Origin: Patescibacteria group bacterium
GTDB taxonomy: Bacteria; Patescibacteriota; Microgenomatia; 0-14-0-10-38-17
NCBI GenBank assembly: GCA_050947035.1
Contig: JBMNVW010000002.1
Coordinates: forward strand, 4,820-68,819
DNA: 64,000 nucleotides
Reading direction: 5' to 3'
Notes under the pieces: model-generated
What the model was told of the DNA's origin: nothing
The model's input: the letters and a program-made list of their open reading frames with translations, nothing else
The model's database searches: none
Program-made: the position numbers and the translations under genes
Shown: piece after piece, positions 8,749 through 18,995 of the stretch
How positions within the stretch are numbered: the first letter of the stretch is position 1
How the letters are laid out: every line of letters starts with the position of its first letter

Positions 8749-10884
8749 TTATTCTGTCGGGGTGGTTTCTGGGGTTTCCTCTACCTCTTCTTCCGGAGAA
8801 ATAATTTCCTCTTCGGTCGACTCTTCTAAAACCGGCTCAGGAGGAGCAATGTCTTCTTCAGGTAAATCAACTGGTTCAAATTGGGGTTCGGGAAGAGCTT
8901 GAGGTGGTTCCAGCTGTTCGTTCACTTCTTCTTCACCTTCAACCGGCTCTTGTTGAGGCAAACGGTCTTTAATTTGTTCTAAATCTTGCTGAACTCGATC
9001 AAAATCGGCTGAACCCGGCTCAACCAAAGAAAGCACCGTTTGTAATTGCAAGGCGGCGTCAGTCCATTTTTCTTGCTGGACATAAGCGGCGGCCAAATTG
9101 TAATGAGCGTTGGCATGGTCGGGTTTTAAATTAACCGCTGTTTCAAACTGCCGCTGGGCCAACTCAAAATTACCCAAAGCAAAATAAAGCCCACCCAGCT
9201 CTACCCGTAAATTAGGATTAACCGGATCCAAGGCAATTGCTTGACTTAGTGACTCAATTGCCCATTGCTCGGCCTCTTGGGCGACACCAATAATTTGCCG
9301 ATAAACATCAGCCAGACTTGCCCAATTGTTAGACCAAAAAGGGTTAATCGCTACCGCGTTTTTGGCTTCCCTAATAGCCTGCTGAATAAGAATAGCAATT
9401 TGTTGTTGGTCTTGTTCAGTCAAATTTTCATTTTGAGAAAAAGTACCAGCTAGAGCAAGATTGGTTTGAGCATAACCAAGACGGTAAGTATCAGAATGAG
9501 GATTTTTTTCTAGGGCTTCAATCTGCCAATTATAAGCATTACCGCCTTCACCTCGATTAAAAGCGGCTACGGAACGAGCAAATAAAACATCAGCCCAAGC
9601 TGCTCGACCATACCAAAAACCAGAAAACAATAAAGCACCAGCTAAAATTATTAACAAAATATAGCGATTTATCTCTAGCTTTGGCCTAACTTCTCCTAAA
9701 CCAACCCCGCTACTCTCGTCCGACAAGCCAACCAAACTTAGCAAAACAAAGAAAACTAGCCACAGACTAATGTCAAAGGGAACAAAAAAAGCAATAACTA
9801 ACAATAGCAAAACCAAAATTTCCGGACGAGCATTTATTATCCGGTTATCAGCATCTTTAAGCTTTCGCCAAATAGATACGGCTAAGCCCGAAAAAGCCAA
9901 TAGTCCTAATAGGCCAACCTCAGTTAAAAGATTTAGATAATGTCCAAAAGAGTTAGCAAAGTAAATTGCCCAAGCCGAGGTGTTATTAACCGTTACAGGA
10001 CGAAAACGAGCGTAAGCGGTTCGAAAATTGCCCGGACCAACACCAAAAATAGCCCCAACAAAACTTTTAAAATTCTCTACGGCCACAATCCAAGCATTTT
10101 GCAAGCCAATTAAAACCGGCTCTGACTCTAGTAAGACAACCACTCCCATTACCACCCCTAAAGCCAAAATGATCAATAGGGCCAGCAAGCCGATTAGGCT
10201 GGTTAATTTAAAGTCTTTTTTTATCAATCTTAATAAGGCCAATAAAACATAAACGGCCGCCAAAACAATTAAAACAATTGTTGTTAAGATTGACCCTGTT
10301 GGCGTCCAAGTGTTAATAGAAAAAATCTCCCAAGTAAAAAACTTAGCCAAAAAGCCAGTATATTGAAAAACTGTTAACAGCGCTAAGACTACTGCCGAAG
10401 CGGTTAAGGCGCCGAACATCAATCTTTGTGTCTTTTTGGCTTCCTTGCCCTCTCCCCTAACCTGCTTAATTAACAGCATTAACAGGAAACCGGCCAAAAC
10501 GACGGCCGTTGTTTTAGAAAAAGCATTAATCCTGGCCGAAACATTGGGTTGTAAAAAAGAGGAAATAACAAAAGCCAAAACCAAAAGTAAGCCAAAAACT
10601 AAAACTTTTTTATTGTCAAAAAAAATCGTTTGGTTATTATTTTCGCTTTTACCAAGGACGACCGGCAATAAAAAAGCCACCCAACCAAGCAAAACACCCA
10701 AAATAAAAAGTATGGTCTTGGGTAAAACGTAAACACTAAATAAAGAAGGAATAAAGATGAGAGGAACTAAAAAAGTAATTAAGGCTAACCAATATTTTAA
10801 GTATTTCATTTTTGAAGAAGACTTTATCTTTGAGGCAGTTCTGGCAGACTTGACACCCAGGGTGTCATTAAGTGTTTCCCCCAT
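8749..10884 (-). CDS. O-antigen-ligase-like multi-pass membrane protein with C-terminal TPR repeats and acidic Pro/Glu tail
   Basis: Many TM segments; FGVGPGNF and HYLNLLTEVGLLG Wzy_C-like motifs; TPRs (ALDPVNP, LKPDHANAHYNLA). Start placed at 10884 because TTGACG-17-TAGTAT lies just upstream. Confidence 0.75.
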   Translation of the reverse strand: MGETLNDTLGVKSARTASKIKSSSKMKYLKYWLALITFLVPLIFIPSLFSVYVLPKTILFILGVLLGWVAFLLPVVLGKSENNNQTIFFDNKKVLVFGLLLVLAFVISSFLQPNVSARINAFSKTTAVVLAGFLLMLLIKQVRGEGKEAKKTQRLMFGALTASAVVLALLTVFQYTGFLAKFFTWEIFSINTWTPTGSILTTIVLIVLAAVYVLLALLRLIKKDFKLTSLIGLLALLIILALGVVMGVVVLLESEPVLIGLQNAWIVAVENFKSFVGAIFGVGPGNFRTAYARFRPVTVNNTSAWAIYFANSFGHYLNLLTEVGLLGLLAFSGLAVSIWRKLKDADNRIINARPEILVLLLLVIAFFVPFDISLWLVFFVLLSLVGLSDESSGVGLGEVRPKLEINRYILLIILAGALLFSGFWYGRAAWADVLFARSVAAFNRGEGGNAYNWQIEALEKNPHSDTYRLGYAQTNLALAGTFSQNENLTEQDQQQIAILIQQAIREAKNAVAINPFWSNNWASLADVYRQIIGVAQEAEQWAIESLSQAIALDPVNPNLRVELGGLYFALGNFELAQRQFETAVNLKPDHANAHYNLAAAYVQQEKWTDAALQLQTVLSLVEPGSADFDRVQQDLEQIKDRLPQQEPVEGEEEVNEQLEPPQALPEPQFEPVDLPEEDIAPPEPVLEESTEEEIISPEEEVEETPETTPTE

Positions 10885-11007
10885 TAGCTTAATACTATAA
10901 CATTTTTGATGGGGCGTCAATAATATATAAACCCAAAGCACAAAATCCAAAAAGAGAATTCAAAATTAAAAAAACACATCTTATGGCTTTGGTTTTCTTT
11001 TCCGAAC

Positions 11008-11171
11008 GGGATTCTTCGGGAGTACCCTCAGAATGACGTCTTTTTTCGTCATCCTGGGGATCTTCTCTTCCTCGTCATCCTGAGCCCCCCACCCCCGTCA
11101 TCCTGAGCGTCAGCGAAGGATCCCGTCCGAGAAGAGTCTCCAGATTCTTCGGGAGTACCCTCAGAATGACG
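11008..11171. repeat. Cluster of CGTC-type REP palindromes left of the GIY-YIG gene
   Basis: gattcttcgggagtaccctcagaatgacg twice, plus cgtcatcctg(a/g)g three times. Confidence 0.85.
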
Positions 11172-11203
11172 ATACGTGACAAAAATATGCTAATTTAAAT
11201 CTA

Positions 11204-11491
11204 ATGAAAGTAATCGCCACGTATATCTTAACCAATAAAAGAAATACCGTTCTCTACATCGGTGTTACCAGCGATTTAATAAAAAGAATTTGGCAACATA
11301 AAGAAAAACTAGTTGCGGGTTTTACCCGCAAATACAACATTAACAAATTAATCTATTACGAGGTTTTTGATAATATCCGAGAAGCAATAAAAAGAGAGCG
11401 ATATTTAAAAGGCAAAAAAAGGCAGTACAAAATTAATTTAATTAGAAAAAAGAACCCCAAGATGAAAGATTTGTATCCGGATTTATTGTGA
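11204..11491 (+). CDS. Small GIY-YIG nuclease family protein
   Basis: TYILTNKRNTVLYIGVTSDLIKRIWQHK, LIYYEVFDNIREAIKRERYLKG; 95 aa. Confidence 0.9.
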   Translation: MKVIATYILTNKRNTVLYIGVTSDLIKRIWQHKEKLVAGFTRKYNINKLIYYEVFDNIREAIKRERYLKGKKRQYKINLIRKKNPKMKDLYPDLL

Positions 11492-11496
11492 AAAAG

Positions 11497-11700
11497 AGAT
11501 TCTTCGGGAGTACCGTCAGAATGACGGGGTTGGTGTGTGTCATCCTGAGGCCGCTTCTAGCCTTCGTCATCCTGAGGCCGCTTCAAGCGACCGAAGGATC
11601 TCAGGGGATTCTCGGACGGGGTTCTTCGGGAGTACCCTCAGAATGACGGGGTGGAAGAACGGGACTCTTCGTCCGCCAGCTGGCAAATTCAGAATGACGA
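11497..11700. repeat. Cluster of CGTC-type REP palindromes right of the GIY-YIG gene
   Basis: Repeated ttcttcgggagtacc(g/c)tcagaatgacg and gtcatcctgaggccgcttc. Same family recurs at ~15979-16080 and ~34028-34090. Confidence 0.85.
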
Positions 11701-11747
11701 AAGAAAAAAGCCTTAGAATAACGAGAAAATTATAATTTTTAGGTTTT

Positions 11748-12845
11748 TTATTGTAAGTAACTTAATGGATTAACATTACCCGAAGGGGTGCGAATCTCAA
11801 AATGAAGATGAGTTCCGGTAGAACGACCCGTTGATCCCATTCTACCCAAAACCTGACCCCGCAAAACCTGCTGACCATTATTAACTGCCACTGAAGAAAG
11901 GTGGGCATAAAGAGTCTTAACACCATCGCCATGATCAATAACGACATAAATTCCATAGCCTCGAGAAGGAGCAGTCCAGCCAGCATCAACTACTGTCCCA
12001 CCTCGAGAAGCAACTATCGCCGGCCCTGAAGGATCGGCAATATCAATTGCCTTATGATACCAATGATATCCTTGGGAAATTCTACCGGTAGTAGGCCAAA
12101 TATATTCTCCTTGGGCTTGAGCGATATAATCGGGAACCTGAGGAATAGTCTCTGAGGGGGTAGCTGGCGGCGACCAAGGCTTAGCCTTAGGCACCACTCC
12201 ACCAGGAACAATCAAGTCTTGGCCAACCGCTAAAGCAAAAGTCTCATCATTAATAAAAGTATTAAAAGGGAAATCAACAATGGCCTGAGGATCAACACCA
12301 TAATTTTTGGCAATTGAATAAACTGTCTCTCCCCTTTTCACTGTATGCAAAACGCCAGTCTCGGGTAAAATTTTCAAAGTCTGGCCTACCTTAACATCAT
12401 CAACCGATTTTAAATCATTAGCCCACCTAATTGTGTCCAGGGAAACATTAAATTTTTGCGCAATTGAAGAAACAGTATCGCCCTCGACAACAGTATATTC
12501 GACCACTCCGCCTCTTCGACCAGAATTATTATTTTCTACCCCCAAAACAGAAAAATTAAAGCTAGCATCTCCTAAAACGGCCCCATCCTGGCTTATTGCC
12601 TGATCAATTCTATCAGGAGAAAAAAGGGGTGAAATAGCCACTCCTAAAATAACCATTAGACCAACACCAAAATGGCTGACAGGGCGAGAGAGGCGTCCCC
12701 GCTTTCGATAAAGAAAATAGGCTCCTCGAGACTTATTTTCATCTAAAAAAGAAGTTAAGAGCAATAAGCGCTTTTTAAAAAAAACCAACCAGGCTTTTAA
12801 AAAAAGATTAAGGTTCTCTGAAAGGGATTTTTTTTGGCCAATCAC
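11748..12845 (-). CDS. LysM-domain M23 family peptidase
   Basis: Two LysM repeats (YTVVEGDTVSSIA; HTVKRGETVYSIA); M23 motifs HKAIDIA, LYAHL, STGTHLHFE. Confidence 0.92.
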   Translation of the reverse strand: MIGQKKSLSENLNLFLKAWLVFFKKRLLLLTSFLDENKSRGAYFLYRKRGRLSRPVSHFGVGLMVILGVAISPLFSPDRIDQAISQDGAVLGDASFNFSVLGVENNNSGRRGGVVEYTVVEGDTVSSIAQKFNVSLDTIRWANDLKSVDDVKVGQTLKILPETGVLHTVKRGETVYSIAKNYGVDPQAIVDFPFNTFINDETFALAVGQDLIVPGGVVPKAKPWSPPATPSETIPQVPDYIAQAQGEYIWPTTGRISQGYHWYHKAIDIADPSGPAIVASRGGTVVDAGWTAPSRGYGIYVVIDHGDGVKTLYAHLSSVAVNNGQQVLRGQVLGRMGSTGRSTGTHLHFEIRTPSGNVNPLSYLQ

Positions 12846-12886
12846 TGCTTGACTATATTAGCAAATATGGGGCATTTGTTCAATTG

Positions 12887-13007
12887 GCGCGAACTAAAGT
12901 TCGCTACTTCAGTCTTTTGGAGTAGCGCGGTTTACTGCGCGTCCCAACTCTTCTTGAGCGTGGGCTTGGGCCCAAGGCCCATCAGCCTCGGGCTGAAAAG
13001 CCCGCTA
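12887..13007. repeat. GTAG-type REP doublet plus a cttgggcc(c/t)aaggccc repeat
   Basis: gcgcgaactaaagttcgctacttcag...agtagcgcggtttac recurs at ~15334-15390, ~17591 and ~24446. cttgggcc.aaggcccatcagcctcgggctgaaaagcccgcta recurs at ~16113-16155. Confidence 0.8.
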
Positions 13008-13060
13008 ATCCGGAAAATAAGGAGGGGCAAAAAAGAAACTTTAGACTTTAAATTATTGGT

Positions 13061-14269
13061 TTATTTCCCTAACTGAGAAAGAAAATCTTCATTGCTCTTA
13101 GTCTTTTTTAATTTTTCCAAAAATACCTCTGTCCTCTCCTCATCCCCTAAAAGATCAATCATCTTGCGCATGGTAACAATTTTAGGATAAATTTTTTCTC
13201 CAAATAAGAGCTCTTCTTTTCTGGTTCCTGACCGCTGAATATCAATAGCCGGGAAAACCCTTCTATCGGCCAAGCGCCGATCTAAATGAAGCTCCATATT
13301 ACCAGTCCCCTTAAATTCTTCATAAATAAGATCGTCCATTCGCGAACCGGTATCCACTAAGCAGGTACCCACCACCGTTAAGCTGCCACCATCTTCTATA
13401 TTTCTGGCCGCACCAAAATAGCGTTTAGCCGGAAAAAGAGCGGCCGGATCAAAACCACCCGATAAGGTTCTTCCCGAGGTGGGAATTGATAAATTGTAGG
13501 CTCTGGCTAATCTAGTGACTGAATCCATCAAAATAAACACATCTTTGCCCATTTCTACTAATCTTTTGGCTCGCTCCAAAGAAACTTCTGCTGCTAAAGT
13601 TTGATTTTCTGGTGGTTCATCAAAATTTGAAGCGATTACTTCTCCTCTGTCTTCGGTTACTTCTTTAACATGACGACGAATATCAGTTACTTCTTCTGGT
13701 CGTTCACCAATCAAAACCGCCATCAAATGAAAATCGGGAAAATTAGTGGCCAAACCGGTCATCATATCTTTTAAAAGCCAAGTTTTACCAGCCTTAGGGG
13801 GAGAAACAATTAAACCTCGCTGGCCATTGCCAATTGGGGCGACTAAATCAATTATTCTAGTGGAAAGAATATCTTTTTTGGTCTCCATTCTCAACCATTT
13901 ATCAGGAAAAATTGGCAACAAATCATCAAAGTGAGGCCGCTGGCCGAGATCAGATTCCTCAACCGAAACCCCATTAACCTTTTCCACTCGCAATAATCCG
14001 TAATAACGCTCTTTTTCTTTGGGTTCTCTAACTTGACCCCCCACTATATCTCCCGGCCGAAGCTTAAAACGATAGATTTGAGAAGAGGAAATATAAATGT
14101 CTTGAGAAGAAGGAACAAAATTAGGCCGCAAAAAGCCATGGTCATCATCGGCCCGAACATCCAAAATTCCCTCCTTGTAATCGGTAGGAAGATCGGCGTC
14201 AGGAATTCTCATTTTTGAGAGACCATTAGAATCTCTTTGATGCTTGTCTGGTGAAGAATTATTAGTCAT
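13061..14269 (-). CDS. rho: Transcription termination factor Rho
   Basis: HGFLR, DIYISSSQI, GQRGLIVSPPKAGKT, LIGERPEEVTD, DSVTRLARAYN, YEEFKGTGNMEL. Confidence 0.97.
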   Translation of the reverse strand: MTNNSSPDKHQRDSNGLSKMRIPDADLPTDYKEGILDVRADDDHGFLRPNFVPSSQDIYISSSQIYRFKLRPGDIVGGQVREPKEKERYYGLLRVEKVNGVSVEESDLGQRPHFDDLLPIFPDKWLRMETKKDILSTRIIDLVAPIGNGQRGLIVSPPKAGKTWLLKDMMTGLATNFPDFHLMAVLIGERPEEVTDIRRHVKEVTEDRGEVIASNFDEPPENQTLAAEVSLERAKRLVEMGKDVFILMDSVTRLARAYNLSIPTSGRTLSGGFDPAALFPAKRYFGAARNIEDGGSLTVVGTCLVDTGSRMDDLIYEEFKGTGNMELHLDRRLADRRVFPAIDIQRSGTRKEELLFGEKIYPKIVTMRKMIDLLGDEERTEVFLEKLKKTKSNEDFLSQLGK

Positions 14270-14492
14270 GAAAGTTAACGCTTGAATCTTATGCTAAATG
14301 CCTCCTCTTGTTTTGAAAGGAGCCGACAAATACAAACAAAAGTCAAAACAAAAAAGTCTTTAGCCTATTAGCAAAATCAAATGGGTTAAAAAATATTCAC
14401 TTTGCTTTTCGTTCGAAAAATACGGCAAAGAAAAACTAAGAAAGAAGCAACTGGCTAGTATTAAACCACCCAAAGCTTGTTTTGTCAAGAAA

Positions 14493-15263
14493 TTATTTTG
14501 ATAAATCTCCGCCAGAAAAGAGAACAAAATCAAAAAAATCCGGCAACTCCGGCCAACCCTTGATAACTTGAAGGCGCCTGGAAACATCAGACACCTGGCC
14601 TTGAGAATCAATCAAAACCCCCTGAGAAGGCAAGGCTGGTTCTCCTGCGGCAGTAAAACGAACTGAATCAGTTTGATCACTATAAAAGCGAACATTAACA
14701 AAATAGTGGCTACTACCAAGGCCACTTATAGTTAGCCCTTGACCAAAACCCTCACCACAAGAAACACCGCTTTGACCATCATAATAACGCTCGGTCTTGT
14801 ATTGTCCTCCCTCTTGATAATAAACTATCGCCTCTGCCTTTCCCAAAGACTCATCATCCCAACAAATATTTAAATTACCAGACCAAGAGATGTCATCATT
14901 AGGAAAAGCTTCACCATCAATAGTAAAATAATTAAGCCAAAAAGTGGCCGATTCACCTGGATAAAGGGTCCGAATCACCTGGCTATTGCCGGAAAGATCG
15001 GACAAGCGAACCTCAGAACTGGCCCCAATATTACCAAGAGAATCTTCGTTGAGGGTAATCGGAGCGGTACTGCCTTCCTCAATTTGCTTTAAGGCCTCTT
15101 CTATCCCTGCCTCGGCGGCCTCAAAAGCTTTGTTAGACTCGGTTTCTTTTTGAGAAATAGAAATATCAGTCGTTGTCCTGGCTACTAAAGAAAGACCGGC
15201 CGTTAAAGCCACCGATAAAACTAATAAAACCACTAAAAGGGCTTGACCAGAAGAGCGCTTCAT
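14493..15263 (-). CDS. PilX-like type IV pilus minor pilin/assembly protein
   Basis: N-terminal SGQALLVVLLVL prepilin-like segment and AFEAAEAGIEEAL motif. Confidence 0.7.
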   Translation of the reverse strand: MKRSSGQALLVVLLVLSVALTAGLSLVARTTTDISISQKETESNKAFEAAEAGIEEALKQIEEGSTAPITLNEDSLGNIGASSEVRLSDLSGNSQVIRTLYPGESATFWLNYFTIDGEAFPNDDISWSGNLNICWDDESLGKAEAIVYYQEGGQYKTERYYDGQSGVSCGEGFGQGLTISGLGSSHYFVNVRFYSDQTDSVRFTAAGEPALPSQGVLIDSQGQVSDVSRRLQVIKGWPELPDFFDFVLFSGGDLSK

Positions 15264-16205
15264 TACCTACCAATTTATACTAACAAGAAAGGAATTGTCA
15301 AATGACAAAGAGGTGTTCCTCTTTGTCATTCTGGCGCGAACTAAAGTTCGCTACTTCAGTCCTCTTGAAAGTAGCGCGGTTTACCGCGCGCTAAAAAAGA
15401 ATACATGGGAAATTAAGGGAAAAGGACGATAGGAGAAAGGGAAGATTTTCTTTCAGGAGGAAGGTAGTGGCCTGCCCTACACACTACCTCCCACCTCGAA
15501 GAAGAAGCTTTTTATTTCTTCTTGACTTTTTAAAAATTTTTGGCTAACATTAATATACTTTAAGAGCATTGCTTATCGGGTTTTCCGCCATCTGGAATCG
15601 ACGACAGCGATGCTCTTATTTTTTTTAAAGTAATTTTTTCTTTTTATTAAGCGCTTGCCTGGGAAACAAAAACTCCTCCTAATTTTACCATTTTTGCCAA
15701 CTGGCGCCTATTCCAGCCGCTTGACCTAATTGAATCCAAAATTGAACTACCAGAATTCTTCTTCTTAGTAAAAATGGCTCTTTCTTTAGGCTTTTTATCC
15801 ATCGTCAAAAACAAGATTAGCATAGGGTTAAATCATTGTCAAGCCTATAACATTTTTAAGTCTTTAAAAGACCTAGCTTATAATTTTAACTATTAATACT
15901 TTTAGCTTTAATATCCCCTATTTTGAATAATTTTTAATTATTGTGGAAAAAAGAAGAACTGTTAAATTGTTTTTTTCTCCGTCATCCTGAGGTTGCTTCA
16001 AGCGACCGAAGGATCTCATTCCTCGGTTACCTTCCCGGACGGGATTCTTCGTCCGCCGGCTGGCGGACTCAGAATGACGAACAAAAAAGACACGAAAAAT
16101 ATATGGCGCGGACTTGGGCCTAAGGCCCATCAGCCTCGGGCTGAAAAGCCCGCTACTCCAGGTTTTGGTTTTTGAAGTAGCGCAATTTATTGCGCGCAGT
16201 ATCCT

Positions 16206-17513
16206 CTAGGCGATTAATTTGATTGCCTCATTCAAACTAGAAGCATTTTTAGAAGAAATAATTTTCTTATAACCTAATCTTTTCGCCTCAGTAATTCGCT
16301 TTTCTTCTTGAGAAGCTGGCCTTATCTCTCCTAATAGGCCAATTTCTCCAAAGACAACCACCTCAGGTCCAATAACATTATTCTTATAAGAAGACCAAAT
16401 TGCCAAACAAGAGGCTAAATCTACTGCCGGCTCTTCACTTTTAACGCCTCCGGCAATATTTAAAATAACATCTTGGTTGTAAAGAGGAGTTTTCAAATGC
16501 TTTTGCAAAATAGCCACATGAAGTTCTAGTTTATTCCTGCTCATACCTTTAGCCAATCTCCTTGGATAGGCCATATTGGTTTTAGTTACCAAGGACTGAA
16601 CCTCTAAAATTAATGGTCTTGTCCCTTTCAAAAGAACAGTTTTGACCACCCCGGCCATCGGCTTTTGATCAGCTGATAAAAACAACTTAGCCGGATTATT
16701 AACCGGTTCCAGTCCTGAAGAAGTCATCACAAATACCCCTACTTCACCGGTGGCCCCAAAACGGTTTTTAACCGAACGTAATAATCTTAATTGTCCATGC
16801 TGATCGCCTTCAAAATAGATGACCGTGTCCACAGCATGCTCTAGCACTTTAGGACCAGCAATTGAGCCTGACTTGGTAACATGACCAACTAAAAACATGG
16901 AAATATTTTTTCTCTTGGCAAAATTAATTAAGCGAGAAGCCGATTCCCTAACCTGACCAAGAGAACCGGCCGCCCCAGTTAAATCTTGGGTGGTTAAAGT
17001 TTGGATTGAGTCAACAATAACCAGGCTATTTTTATCAAGGCTATCAAGGGTGGCTATCACCTCGTCCACATCGGTTACTGAAATTAGTCTTAAATTCTTT
17101 CCGCTAACTTTTAATCGATCGGCCCTCATCTTAATCTGTTCCGGTGATTCCTCACCACAAATACAACAAACAGGCTCAGGAGCAAAAGCCTCGGTAAGCT
17201 GTAAAAGAAGAGTTGATTTACCAATTCCGGGTTCTCCGGCTAGCAAAACTGCCGATCCGGGGACTACTCCTCCCCCCAAAACTCGATCTAGTTCGTCAAT
17301 ACCACTTTGAAGGCGATTTTTTTCTTGACTTTTGACTTGGGAAAATTGAAGAACTTTAGCTTTATTTGCTCTAGAGGACGATTTTGAGCCAGTGCTGACA
17401 AGCTGGGTTTCTTCTAGGCTATTCCACTCCCCGCAACTAGGACAACGACCCTGCCATTTAGGAGCCTGATAACCACATTGCTGACAGACAAAAGCGGTTT
17501 TGATTTTCGCCAT
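16206..17513 (-). CDS. radA: DNA repair protein RadA/Sms
   Basis: C4 zinc finger CQQCG..WQGRCPSC, GEPGIGKST, KNRFG motif, Lon-like C-terminus. Confidence 0.97.
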   Translation of the reverse strand: MAKIKTAFVCQQCGYQAPKWQGRCPSCGEWNSLEETQLVSTGSKSSSRANKAKVLQFSQVKSQEKNRLQSGIDELDRVLGGGVVPGSAVLLAGEPGIGKSTLLLQLTEAFAPEPVCCICGEESPEQIKMRADRLKVSGKNLRLISVTDVDEVIATLDSLDKNSLVIVDSIQTLTTQDLTGAAGSLGQVRESASRLINFAKRKNISMFLVGHVTKSGSIAGPKVLEHAVDTVIYFEGDQHGQLRLLRSVKNRFGATGEVGVFVMTSSGLEPVNNPAKLFLSADQKPMAGVVKTVLLKGTRPLILEVQSLVTKTNMAYPRRLAKGMSRNKLELHVAILQKHLKTPLYNQDVILNIAGGVKSEEPAVDLASCLAIWSSYKNNVIGPEVVVFGEIGLLGEIRPASQEEKRITEAKRLGYKKIISSKNASSLNEAIKLIA

Positions 17514-17738
17514 AACTCTATTTTAACAAAAAGGAAGTACAGATATATAGATAAATCAGTAACTTGCCTTTTGGACTAACGAGGCTTTCAGCGCAGACTA
17601 AAGTCTGCTAGTCCAATTGTTTTTTGGAATTTACGATTTGGGATTTGGAGTTTGAGATTTATTTAGTAATTAGATCAATTAAAATAATTAGATTATTTCA
17701 ATCCTTTATACTAAATACTAGATACTAGCTTCTAAATA

Positions 17739-18875
17739 CTACTTATAGCCAACCGGTTTCTTGGCTAAAACTAAGCCCAAACTAATCCGACGGTTATTCG
17801 GATCAATAGAATCAATAAAACAACTCACTTCATCGCCGACCTTAATTTTTTTATCAGCCGGGATTTTGGAAATATGAATCAAGCCCTCTACTCCTTCATT
17901 CAACTCCACCAACCAACCATAATTAGTAATCTTGGTAACTTTACCGGTAATTTGCTTATTTTCTGGATATTTTTTGACTATTTCCTCCCAAGGATCAGTC
18001 TTTAATTGTTTAATTGAAAGCTGAAGACGACCATCTTCTTTGTTTAAAACTTGGGCATCAACGGTATCGCCAACCTGATAACGATTAGTTAAAGCATTAA
18101 CCTTTTCCCAAGAGACTTCAGAAATATGAATTAACCCCTCCAGGGTTATCTTGTTCTTTTTAACTTCTACAAAAAGACCATAAGGGGCAATTTTAACAAT
18201 TTTAGCTTTGACAGTATCGCCTTCTTTTAATTTTTCAAGGGCCTTTTTCTCCTTGGCGATTTGTCCGGCTTCAGAAACTGCCCTCTCAGAAAAAACTAAT
18301 CGGTTCTTATCTCGATCAACTTCAATAACTTTGACTTTAATTTTATTGTCAATTAATAAATCCTCACGCCCATTCCACTCTTCCCCCAAACAAGAACCAG
18401 GAATAAAACCGGTTAAATTAAAAGGGGCCTGAACCAAAATCCCTCCCGCATTTTGATCCTGACCAACAACTTCGATGGGTTCCTTGTTAGAAAGTTTTTC
18501 TTGATAAAAGTCCCAGGCATAATCTTGGGCCACATTTCTTAAATTGAGCAAAATTTGTCCTCTAGGGTCTTCGGCTTCACCAACTACCGTTCTTACTTTT
18601 TCGCCTTCCTTTAGTTGATTAATAAAATCCTTAACTCGATCTAACTCTCGACCAAAAAGAACTCCCTCGGTCTTGGCTCCAATATCAAAATAAACCCTTT
18701 TAGGAGTAATTTCTGAAATCGTTGCTTCTATTTCTTCGCCTTTTTTGGGGACATAGAGGTCATCTGAAGATTGATCTAATAAATCAGCCATGGTTTTGGG
18801 CTGATCAGTTTTTTTAGTCTTTTTTGTTTTTTTTACTGAGCTGGTTGACTTTTTCGATTTTTTCTTTTTGGCCAT
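17739..18875 (-). CDS. rpsA: 30S ribosomal protein S1 (four S1 domains)
   Basis: DIGAKTEG, GFIPGS, EGLIHISEVSW, EGLIHISKI S1 repeats. Confidence 0.85.
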   Translation of the reverse strand: MAKKKKSKKSTSSVKKTKKTKKTDQPKTMADLLDQSSDDLYVPKKGEEIEATISEITPKRVYFDIGAKTEGVLFGRELDRVKDFINQLKEGEKVRTVVGEAEDPRGQILLNLRNVAQDYAWDFYQEKLSNKEPIEVVGQDQNAGGILVQAPFNLTGFIPGSCLGEEWNGREDLLIDNKIKVKVIEVDRDKNRLVFSERAVSEAGQIAKEKKALEKLKEGDTVKAKIVKIAPYGLFVEVKKNKITLEGLIHISEVSWEKVNALTNRYQVGDTVDAQVLNKEDGRLQLSIKQLKTDPWEEIVKKYPENKQITGKVTKITNYGWLVELNEGVEGLIHISKIPADKKIKVGDEVSCFIDSIDPNNRRISLGLVLAKKPVGYK

Positions 18876-18995
18876 TCATTGCTCCTCCTTTTTAATAATG
18901 ATGCAAAAAGTATTATAACATTAATAAGTTCAAAGTTAAAAGTCAAAAGTTAAAAATAGTAATTGCTAAATTATTTGGAAATTGGGTTAATTGGG

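Noticed and set aside
11008-11700. Possible CRISPR array around the GIY-YIG gene
   Set aside because: Repeats occur in both orientations with irregular spacing, no unique equal-length spacers and no cas genes; fits REPs
15647-15802. 51-codon basic ORF on the minus strand
   Set aside because: Not listed as a feature: short, no recognisable motif; mentioned only as context
15918-16175. Three short overlapping ORFs, and similar ones at 11535-11735 and 12834-13076
   Set aside because: Translations of REP palindromes (e.g. HPEAASSDRRIS, LRMT)
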